Origin: Adineta vaga
Lineage: Eukaryota; Animalia; Rotifera
Length of the DNA stretch: 64,000 nt
NCBI GenBank assembly: GCA_021613535.1
Contig: CP075495.1
Location: 15,686,001-15,750,000 of the forward strand
Reading direction: 5' to 3'
Below the pieces are notes generated by a model, which worked only from the letters and a program-made list of their open reading frames with translations, did not search any database and was not told the origin of the DNA. Each line of letters opens with the position of its first letter. Within the stretch, counting starts at the first letter, position 1. Shown piece after piece: positions 26,753 to 37,921 of the stretch. A program made the position numbers and the translations under genes.

Positions 26753-29143
26753 CTTTGAAAGAAAAAAAGGAGTGTTCCAAAACCTTTTTGGGTTCTGCAA
26801 CATCTCCAGAACCAGAAAAAGTTCTGTATGACATATGAGAAACCAAGAAAGGTTCTGGGCAACAATTCTGAACTACAAAGGCTTTTGTCCGACAATTCTA
26901 AACTATGAAGAGTTCTGTCAGTCATCCCTTAAACTACAGAAGGTTTAGTTATTTTTCTACTGAACCTTGAAAACTCCTTCGTGAGACGAAACTGAATCCA
27001 GTTGGTTCAATAGTACAACTGCAGAACTTTAAAAAGTTCTGTTTTATTAATTTTGAACCAAAAGGGTTCTGCCCAAAAATACTCAGTTTGAAAGGGTTCG
27101 GTCTGATAATATTGAATCATAGAGATTTTTTCCTTCGACGTTACTAAATGTAAAGTTTCTTCTCTAAAATCCGCAACCTGATATAGCTGCCCCAGTGAAT
27201 GTTGGAGTATCGTAAGTTTCCTCAACTGAAGAAGAGAGTCACACACTCAAAAAATGTATATACGTTCATTTGTTCATGCAAGTCAACAACAATTTAACAA
27301 CTTTCTTTTCTCTTTTGAGTTTTGTCATAACAAAAAACGGAAATGCTTTGGCCATTTCAAGTTGTCAATAACGATCTTAGGTATGAACTGAACAACTTAA
27401 TGTTTTGCATCGACGATGGTGGGAGTCCACTATCAGTATATGATTATTCCAAGCAATTTTTCAGTCATCCAAATCTGAGGGAGGTTTTTCTCTTATTACT
27501 TACATGTAACAAAATCATGTTCAGGCCAGTTACAAGTTAACAGAGAACGACTCTAATATAGCTCAAACTAACTTATATGTTATGTCAACAATAGAGGGTA
27601 GGAGTTGATCAGCTCAAGTCCATGAACTCTGATGAAATGAACTAAAGAACTATTCAAAAGTTTATCATTTCACCGAGCTCAATCTTTTAAAAATATTCTT
27701 TACAAATAAAATGATCTTTTTCAGCGGTTCCTCTATTCGATTATGTAGAGATATCACGCAGTCATCAACTGATAGTATGTAGGGGTATTTGTATACCCTT
27801 GAGCATAGAAGATATCTTTATATAATGAGACTAGCAGACAGGGACGGGCTGAGGATTTTATAATACTCGAAAACTTAACTTCAAAGCATGGGTCCCGCAT
27901 GAAACTTATGAAAGATGATAAGTGACCCAAATGGTGACTTTTTACCAAAGACATTTTGTGATTGAAGTTTGCGAAAAAAAATTCTTTTAATTGCTACACC
28001 CAACTTTTGTTTTTGGTTTAAGCAGTACTCAGATTCTTAGAATGTTATCGGAATCTACATCGAATTTCATCCACAGATTTCAAATCTTTCAGAAGCTATC
28101 AAGAGATATATTCAATACGACTTGTTCAATCCCTCTTTCTATTCGGACAGCTTTCGAAACTAAATATCAGTCCCTGATAGCAGCAGATATTGAGAAGGTC
28201 ATAGCTTTTAGCGAGAATGTTTATGTTATTATATTTAAAATGAAAAACTAAATATTGTGTTATCATTTAGGTTCATATTGATGTGTGAGTAAAGGTGAGT
28301 TGTATTTGAAATATGATATGAAATATTTCTTATTGTTGTATATTGATACATATCGATATCTGATTAAGAGTAAGTAATATTTCAAATACGAAATGAAACA
28401 TTCTCTATTATCATTTATGTTTGTATAGATATGTGGGTACAAATGAGTTATTTTCAAAACAATATGTTAAATATTTATTGTTATCATTTCGGTTCATAGC
28501 CATATCTGATTAAAGTTGAGTGATATTTTGAATTTTAGATTAAATATTTTCTATTGTCATTTAGATTCAGATCGAAGTCTAACGCAATGTGACTTTTATT
28601 TTATATAGAAAACTAAATATTTTCTTCTTTCATATTTATACCGATCTATATTGCAGAGAAATGGTAAGTGGGATATTAGAAACAAAATAGTAGAATGATT
28701 TTCTTTTTATATCTAGGTTGATTTGTACACGTATTCAAGTACTGCAAGTGCGTCTGTTTATATTACAAGGTCAAAAACAGACTGAGAAAGTGAATTAGGT
28801 TAGGGCTGAATTGAGCCAATCGGCAGCAAGCAAAAAGCGTGATTCGACTGTAGCTTAATTCACTTTTTCGGTCTATTTGAGAGCTTAACATAAACAGACG
28901 CACTTGCAACACTGGAATATGTGTACAAATCAACCTAGATATAAAGAGAAAATAATTTTCTGAAAAACCATTTAACACACCTTTTATGTCAGACTGAACC
29001 TTATTTTTGTATAGAATAATGAAGAGTTCTGTTAGGTTTTAACAGAACCCTCTATGAGCCAGAACATTTTTGTGGGTTCTGAATTTTACCAGCGGGCAGA
29101 ACCCTCAAAAAGGTTCTGGAAAACTCCTTTTTTATTTTCAGAG
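26753..29143. mobile_element. Non-autonomous TIR DNA transposon, CMC/EnSpm(CACTA)-like, 2-bp TSD (TT)
   Basis: Left end CTTTGAAAGAAAAAAAGGAGTGTTCCAAAACCTTTTTGGGTTCTGC matches the reverse complement of the right end (CTCTGAAAATAAAAAAAGGAGTTTCCAGAACCTTTTTGAGGGTTCTGC); many subterminal GGTTCT/AGAACC motifs; removing it plus one TT restores the host codons AAA GCC AAT AGA. Confidence 0.8.
28271..28663 (+). repeat. Degenerate 73-75-bp tandem repeat with the architecture of six 24-nt micro-exons and 49-51-nt introns
   Basis: 24-nt units at 28271, 28346, 28419, 28492, 28565 and 28640, each preceded by a T-rich tract ending AG or a 1-nt variant and followed by GTRAGT or a 1-nt variant. Confidence 0.65.
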
Positions 29144-31749
29144 TTGGCTTTCATGCATCTAATATCTGATGCGATGAATAAAATTTCAATAGAAGGAAAA
29201 TGATTGATAAAAAATTGTTCAAAAATATCAACTGCTTCGGATTTGAATTTAAAAGATGCATATGTCAAATTAATCAACATCATGCCATATAAATTTGGTT
29301 GTGTAGGACCATATTGACGTAATAAATTTGCTGATAAATAACGAAATTATGGAACACACGATAATAAACAAATCAATTGATTACAATATATTGAATTATC
29401 AACGATTAAATATTCCATTGAGCTATATGAGAAAGTCATAATGTATTGTGTATATTTCGGAAAGTATAGAGGCAATTGATCTCAAATTGTGTCGAAGGAA
29501 AATAATATGAAAGTGTTCCACAATAGATTTTTAATGTTGAGAGAATCTGAAATAAAACATAGTTTCTCGTAATATTAACGTAAGATACGATCAAATGAGA
29601 ATTAAATAGGTTTCGAAAAAAACAGTCGAGTATTCCAGAAGGTCTTCTATTGTAAACCTAGATTTACATAAATGAATAGACAACACTATTCTATAGAAGA
29701 ATAAAATAATAGGGATCTATCGAAAACGATAATGAGAAGGATATATCACATGATGCTCTAAACAAATATTACCTTCAAAGACAATGATCAAAAAAAGATT
29801 AGAACACTTATGATAATTAAATGAAAATAGAGTTGCTCTAATAAATTTTTGCTTGTCTATAAATAAGAAACAAAATGAGTAGAAATATAGATGAGATTTA
29901 CGGAATGTTCATTTTTAATTTTGTTCTCATTTCGTAAGTCTAAATATGGAAGTTTTTTTTTATCTCTTTTGCCATGAAAGTAGAAAAGAAAAACTTCTTC
30001 TACGCAAGACATCAACATTATTATTTGTTTTCATTAGAATTTAAAACACTGAAAAAAGAACAAACAATCATATACTCTATAATTTTGGTCAAAATGTATA
30101 TGTTTTCTGATAGAAGACAAAGTTTCTATCCGGAAACATCAAGTATTAAAAAAAAAGAAAAAGAGTTTATTGAATTTTTGTATGGATTCAATAGTTATTT
30201 ACCTAATTATGACAATGGATAATATCCGTTTACAATCGATTATTTTAAAATTTACAAGTTCGTCTTTCGAATGACGTTTGATAATGTATTCATTTTTATC
30301 TTGGTTATGATGCAACACTCGTTTGAATTCTCGTTGTTTGGATGCTGTGAAATTGTTCAAAGGTTATAGGTAACTATTATACGAATTCGATATTTTTTAC
30401 AAATATATTTAGAGCATTGCAATCAAAATTGATTAAATCAAATCAAACAAAGTTTATCATTAATTTTGTTATCTCTGTTCGACTAATGTTAGATATTATT
30501 TGTTAATTCATGTCAGATATAATCCTATCTTTGTTAAAATACCAATATTATATGGAAGAAAATTTCCATTTAGTGTAAATATGACAATTATATACTTCAT
30601 CAATATATTCATAGTCAAAAAGTCAGTGATCAATATGCCATTGGTTCAATGAAACAAATGTCATGATACATGCGTCGATGGTGTATTTTAGAAGAATCTT
30701 CATCACAATCGATGAATTCAGAAAGGCAGTTCACATTGATTTCTCAAATAAACAAAATCGTCATATTAGATAAAGAAACTATTTTGGGTGTACATTCAAC
30801 AACTAAATGTTCATTATCATGTGTAATTATTTGAATACACAGCATGAAAAACTTCGATAGATCTAGTATAGCCGGTTTCATCGACACCGATGCTGAATAT
30901 ATTCAAAAAGAAATATGTGTAAACTTAAGACAGAACGACTTTACCACTCGCGAATTTATCATACTCTTGTGATTCTCAGAATGATAATGAATAGGAAGGG
31001 ACTATAAGTACGGGTCACTATGTAAACATGAAACACTCTTTGTGTTTACAAGTGCATTTCGCCGTCTTTCATTGACACTCAAATATATCGGAAGCTGCAT
31101 CCAGATGCGATTTATATCCTTAATTGTGTCTCTACACATTAGTTTGTTGAGACTGAGATACACTCCTTTCTCTAAAACTTTCTTTTTTATCTTGAAAGAT
31201 GTACGAATACAAAACATTTTTCTATCATTAGACATCAAACGTCAAATCAAAGAAGCAACTAAATAAAGTTGTCAAACTCGTCATCCACTTTATCTTGCCG
31301 TCAACCCCAACTCTCTATTATGAGAAATATTCAAAATAAAGTTCGAAAGAATATTTTGCTACGTTTTCACGCACAACAGAATGTTTAAGAAATAATTTCC
31401 CAGTCGTTCCTACTAGATCAGCGATGGGAATAAATGCAGCGGACCCATTAAAAGGCTCATAAGACGCATCAACGGTCGTCCTTCTTCTTTATAACCTTTC
31501 CACTATTGAAAAATTTTCAGAAGACATTATATTAAGAGTAGACACTTTCACAAAATATCATATGATACCCATCAAACTTCAACTAATAAACTATAGTGCA
31601 TTTTAAACATGGGATTTCGCTATCTCGGACATACACAAATCAACAACTTAGATCATAGACACATCTCTCACGGCCGGAAATCAAGAGCTTAAAACAAAAC
31701 ACGTTATTGTACGATCAATACGACTTCGAAGCACACTGTGTATTCATTC

Positions 31750-34700
31750 CTAACCACATCGGTTTCCTCTAAAACAATTCCCAGAAAAGGGAACTAAAAA
31801 ACAATGTCCCTCGAATCCCAACAACAACGTTAACCTATTTCCAAAAGTATTTCGGAGATACTTTCTTTCTTGAGCACCAATTTGATTGTCCTCCAGATTT
31901 AGTGTGGTGAGTGTCTACATAGCAGAGAGAGTATGGATGTGTCAATTAGGTCAAGAGCAAATGAGTACTACCGTGTTTGTTCGCAAGGCATCACCAATAT
32001 GTTGTGCTCCTTGATCGCCGATTTGATTGTATCGCAGATTTAGTGTGGTCAGTGTCTACATAGCAGAGAGAGTATGGATGTGTCAATCAGGACAAGAGCG
32101 AATGAATATTACTGTGTTTATTCGCAAGGCACCACAAATATGTTGTGCTCCTTGATCGCCGATTCCATTGTTCTCGAGATATAGTGTGTTAAGTGTCTAT
32201 AGAGGAGAGAGAGCATGGATGTGTCAATCAGGACAAGAGCGAATAAATATTACCGTGTTTATTCGCAAGGCACCACCAATATGTTGTGCTCCTTGATCGC
32301 CGAATCGATTGTATCGGAGATATAGTGTGTTAAGTGTCTATAGAGGAGAGAGAGCATGGATGTGTTAATCAGGACAAGAGCGAATGAATATTACCGTGTT
32401 TGTTCGCAAGGCATCACCAATATGTTGTGCTCCTTGATCACCGATTTCATTGTCCTCCAGATTTAGTGTGGTGAGTGTCTACATAGCAGAGAGAGTATGG
32501 ATGTGTCAATTAGGTCAAGAGCAAATGAGTACTACCGTGTTTGTTCGCAAGGCATCACCAATATGTTGTGCTCCTTGATCACCGATTTCATTGTCCTCCA
32601 GATTTAGTGTGGTGAGTGTCTACATAGCAGAGAGAGTATGGATGTGTCAATTAGGTCAAGAGCAAATGAGTACTACCGTGTTTGTTCGCAAGGCATCACC
32701 AATATGTTGTGCTCCTTGATCGCCGATTCCATTGTTCTCCAGATTTAGTGTGGTGAGTGTCTACATAGCAGAGAGAGTATGGATGTGTCATTCAGGACAA
32801 GAGCGAATGAATATTACCGTGTTTATTCGCAAGGTATCACCAATATGTTTTGCTCCTTGATCGCCGATTTGATTGTATCGCAGATTTAGTGTGGTCAGTG
32901 TCTATAGAGGAGAGAGAGCATCGATGTCAATTAGGACAAGAGCGAATGAATATTACCGTGTTTATTCGCAAGGCACCACAAATATGTTGTGCTCCTTGAT
33001 CGCCGATTCCATTGTTCTCGAGATTTAGTGTGGTGAGTGTCTATAGAGGAGAGAGAGCATAGATGTGTCAATTAGGACACGAGCGAATGAATATTACCGT
33101 GTTTATTCGCAAGGCATCACCAATATGTTGTGCTCCTTGATCGCCGATTCTATTGTTCTCGAGATTTAGTGTGTTGAGTGTCTATAGAGGAGAGAAAGCA
33201 TAGATGTGTCAATTAGGACAAGAGCGAATGAATATTACTGTGTTTGTTCGCAAGGCATCACCAATATGTTGTGCTCCTTGATCGTCGATTCGATTGTATC
33301 GGAGATTTAGTGTGTTGAGTGTCTATAGAGGAGAGAGAGCATGGATGTGTTAATCAGGACAAGAGCGAATGAATATTACCGTGTTTGTTCGCAAGGCATC
33401 ACCAATATGTTGTGCTCCTTGATCACCGATTCCATTGTTCTTCAGATTTAGTGTGGTGAGTGTCTACATAGCAGAGAGAGTATGGATGTGTCAATCAGGA
33501 CAAGAGCGAATGAATATTACTGTGTTTTTTCGCAAGGCATCACCAATATGTTGTGCTCCTTGATCACCGATTTCATTGTCCTCCAGATTTAGTGTGGTGA
33601 GTGTCTACATAGCAGAGAGAGTATGGATGTGTCAATTAGGTCAAGAGCAAATGAGTACTACCGTGTTTGTTCGCAAGGCATCACCAATATGTTGTGCTCC
33701 TTGATCGCCGATTTGATTGTATCGCAGATTTAGTGTGGTCAGTGTCTACATAGCAGAGAGAGTATGGATGTGTCAATCAGGACAAGAGCGAATGAATATT
33801 ACTGTGTTTATTCGCAAGGCACCACAAATATGTTGTGCTCCTTGATCGCCGATTCCATTGTTCTCGAGATTTAGTGTGTTAAGTGTCTATAGAGGAGAGA
33901 AAGCATGGATGTGTCAATTAGGTCAAGAGCAAATGAGTACTACCGTGTTTGTTCGCAAGGCATCACCAATATGTTGTGCTCCTTGATTGCCGATTTGATT
34001 GTATCGCAGATTTAGTGTGGTCAGTGTCTACATAGCAGAGAGAGTATGGATGTGTCAATCAGGACAAGAGCGAATGAATATTACTGTGTTTATTCGCAAG
34101 GCACCACAAATATGTTGTGCTCCTTGATCGCCGATTCCATTGTTCTCGAGATTTAGTGTGTTAAGTGTCTATAGAGGAGAGAGAGCATGGATGTGTTAAT
34201 CAGGACAAGAGCGAATAAATATTACCGTATTTGTTCGCAAGGCATCACCAATATGTTGTGCCCCTTGATGGCCGATTTGATTGTACCCGAGATCTAGTGC
34301 GGTGAGTGTCTATGTATAGAATATTCCTTTCGACAATGTGAGTAAAGAAATCTGAACTTTAGAGTAAGGTTTTTCAATTAGATATAGGATTATACAAGAG
34401 GTGTGGCTGTAGTGTGTGAAAGTGTTCGATCGGGTTTCATGGAGTGAAAAGAGAAATCGGTGCTTGTCTGATTATTACTGAGTTAATGTTGGAATCGTCG
34501 AATGAGTGGAGTGAGTACTGTACTGAAGGTAGTGATACTTGTTGATTTCGAATGGTTTTGGATTGTTATTTTTAGATTTGGATTGCGAAAGATCGTATGG
34601 AGTCGGGGTAGAATATAAAACAGTTCAGTTTATTTTGTTCGGTGGGTGTCAGAGATAGTTGTGGAATTGTTTAAGAGTTGCAATAGGGACATTTGTTTGA

Positions 34701-35117
34701 AAAGTGAAAGATGTTTCAATGCTGCGGTTTTATTCTTGTGCGGCACATGAGTGCGCGTTGAATATGATATATATTATATGTGCATAGATAGAAAAGAACA
34801 GGTGAGAGGAAGTGTTGTTTTAATAGCATGAGTCAATATTGTGTTTGGTTGACTCGTGTGAATTGCTTCGGAATTGTGAAATTTGTTTTTTCTTTGAGTA
34901 AACTGATTAAGTTAGATATTGCGAGGCTCGTGTGTGCTTGAACAGATGAGAAAATAGGTAAAGCACTTTGCAAACTTACTTGATATGGATGATAAATGTT
35001 CAGAATGTGATTAAAACGTTGGCAAACATTTTGCATTGAGCAAAATAGTGTAAAACCAGACAGATGATCCAAAATTCGATAGACCAGTTCAATCGGTAAT
35101 GTTGAAAATGTGTGCAT
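31750..35117 (-). CDS. F-box protein with 17 single-LRR exon cassettes plus a terminal LRR exon (RI/NLRC3-like 28-aa repeats), about 576 aa, 19 exons
   Basis: Exon 1 (35117-34980) MHTFSTLPIELVYRILDHL...NVCQRFNHIL is an F-box ending phase 0 at GTAAGT. There are 17 stop-free 84-nt exons, consensus TLTTLNLxxNxIGDQGAQHIGDALRTNT, all with intact GT/AG. Terminal exon 31914-31750; its 3' end is less certain. Confidence 0.9.
31881..34312. repeat. 141-bp tandem array (84-nt exon + 57-nt intron), about 17.2 units
   Basis: Exon lower bounds 31972, 32113, 32254, 32395, 32536, 32677, 32818, 32957, 33098, 33239, 33380, 33521, 33662, 33803, 33944, 34085, 34226; one intron (32902-32956) is 55 nt. Confidence 0.97.
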
Positions 35118-37921
35118 ATTCGCTTTAAATTCCATAAAATTTTGTTGAGAATACAAGCTATTGAATATATTCTGTTTGTTATGAAAAGAAATTCGCTTTA
35201 CTGATAGTATTGTATTATTGTTATTTGAAAAAGATAATGAAATCTGATGATTTCAACAAAAGCGAATAGCTCGTTTATGCAGAAAGATGGCGTTAACGTA
35301 TGTATTGAGTGGAGTTTCGTTTGACGTGTATGATTATCAGTGTCAGTATACACTCAAGATACGTATTTTTCATCAGTAATTTTTTGAGTTTTACAAAGGA
35401 GTTCGTTTTACGAAAGGATATTTTTGCATGTGATATTCAACAAAAGTTCAATCAGAAAAGGAAATCTTTGAGGGTAGATACCGATACTCTCTACTTTTCA
35501 CGCTCACGCTTCATACCCTCATAAACTAATTTCATTCTATTAGTTCGACGTAAGGCAATTTTTATTTCAAACACGTCTATCCTTAAAGATCTTAACAAGA
35601 AAATTAATTGAATTAAAGAAAACAAAATCGGTTCATCTTATCGTGATGTGTGAGATAAATTTTTTGTATGAACAATTGCTGGTGTATCAAATATTCTCAA
35701 AAGCAAAAGAGAACACATGAAATTATAAACTAAGTTCGAGTCTGACTCTCACCCGAGTTAACTGACACTGTTGCATGCCTATGCCATCGTATCTCTAAGA
35801 TGTTCTTATATGATTTGCTTATTCCCCTACGTTTTTCATTAATTCCAATAGTGTTCAAACTAGACAAATTTAACTGTACTTTATTTTTCTCAAACCTGCT
35901 ACGGGTTCGATTCTACCTATGTGTTCATTTATTGAATTATCATCTCTAGAATGATCAATAGTTTCTATGTAAGTATTGCTAAACTTTTAATGATTTTATG
36001 AATAAATAACGACCGACTGATTGTAATCTCATATTATATCTATCGAAAGCGCGTACTTACCTCGTACTGAAGGGTAGAGCAATATTTTGATCTTGTGCAG
36101 CCTTTAACTTTTAACCCTTGATCCTTCACATTGATCCCACCTATCTATCATCCTGCCCTTAATCTACTCTCGGTTTCCGATGTTTAAGACAGTCTTTAAA
36201 AAAATGTTTTTTCGATCTTTGACACTGACACAAAAGCGCACAGAAACTTTTTTTCCATATGACGCTCCTTTCTGTGGAAGGAATAAGGTGTGGGTGTAAG
36301 TGTTCCTTGACAGAGTACGCACATACATACATCCACACAAGGGGAAAAGGCCGATCCGGGATCCTCATAGTTCCTGCGATCACACAGTTCATGAAGACCA
36401 ATGATAATCCAAGAGTATCTTTCAGGATTCACGAGCGTCAGCCTTTTTGAGATGCCAGGATTTATGGAGAGCCATGAGAGTCCGAACGTTTTATAGGATT
36501 TGGGTATCCAGGATCCGCTTTTTCCCCCTTGCAGACCCACACCCTCAACTTCAACTGAAAAAACATTTCTTCAATGAACCCAGTAGCTTTATTAAAGAAT
36601 TCACAGTCAGAATTTTTTTGTTTTATGCTTAATAACAGGTTATTTTCAGTTTCGCAATAATTATAATAATTGATTAGAATTATGAAAAGCTAACATCAGA
36701 CTTGAAATCCTCGACTTCGATTACTTTTGGGTAAATCATATAAAGATGATTATTAGTAAATTTTCATGAATTTTTATATAGCTGCAATCTGACTGGATTA
36801 GACAAATAAGAAATAGCAATTAATTAATTATGGTTCATAGAAAAATATTTTTGAGAAAGGAACCCAAGATTCATATTCCTCGATCTCGATTCCATATGAC
36901 GAATCGTTGTCCGATGACAAGGGGTGAGTTTTCATCGATTTATACGCTGCTTTCACTTGATTGGCTTGGACAAACAAATAAACTTTAAGCATTTTAACGA
37001 CCCCATTTAAGAAGCATATAACCCTTTCTTTCAGAAAAGGGAACAATGTTTATTTTGTCAGTCTTGAGATCACTACACATAGAAGTATTGATGTAATAGT
37101 CTAAAAGAGTATTCGTTATTATTTACGTAATATATTAAATTTATTGTACACTTACAGAAGACATTATTTAGATAGCACCCATTGCAAGTATACCAGTGTT
37201 GAGTTCGCTTAATTTTGCCTCGATAGACGTAAGTCTACTATCTACATTGTTTGATGAAGCATTGGACTGTGATGATAGTGGTGAACGAGAATCATGTCCC
37301 AATGTACCAGCCATTGATTGTATGTCATGTTCGGCAATTAATTCATTTTGATTTATCTGTTCGATTTGTTCGTTAACATCACCATGAGTTTCATCTGGCA
37401 TGATAACCAATTTACCAGTAGTGTCAAACTCGACAGTTGAATTCAACTATATAACTATCCAAATTATCCAAACTTTTCAATTATCCAAACTATTCATTTA
37501 TTCAACTATTCAAACCAGAGACCGGCGGGACAAGGGTTTTTCTGTCCCGTCCCGTCTTGTCCCGCCTCCTACGAAAAATTTTGAACAAGATATTTTAAAT
37601 AAACAATCATTAGCTTAATATTTTTTCTATATATCATTATTTATTTTCAAACTATATCTTATTATATATTTCCACAATGAATTTGCTCTATATGATTGAA
37701 AAATATAAATTCATTCGGACCTATAAATAAAATCTGAGAAACTTCTATTGCTACTACAGAAAATATTGTAACTATCGTTCGTGTAGCAAATATAAAAAAT
37801 ACAAGCGGTTGATAAATTTACGGGAATAAAAAGATTCAGTTTTTTTTCATACAGACCGTTTTGGAAAGCTCAATGAGCTTTATTGAACTATATAAGAAAG
37901 ATCACAATAAAACTTTTATTA

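Larger units (their letters stand above)
26357..29650 (-). pseudogene. F-box/LRR-family pseudogene split by transposon insertions
   Basis: SMEYLIVDNSIYCNQLICLLSCVP*...FEQFFINHFPSIEILFIASDIRCMKA (29.4-29.15 kb) continues as NR*KQLISLYLSNLRIFNVR (below 26752) and VFFYSFNQMR (about 26360), collinear with the 62.5 kb paralogue (KANRWEKFLSLSL...IFYSINPFR). Confidence 0.75.

Noticed and set aside
31881-34312. CRISPR array or non-coding satellite
   Set aside because: There are no unique spacers and no cas genes, and the context is eukaryotic; the units resolve into GT-AG introns and stop-free LRR exons.
34833-34979. C-terminal half of the 107-aa ORF as coding sequence
   Set aside because: Read-through into intron 1; a GTAAGT donor follows ...YHPYQ at 34979.
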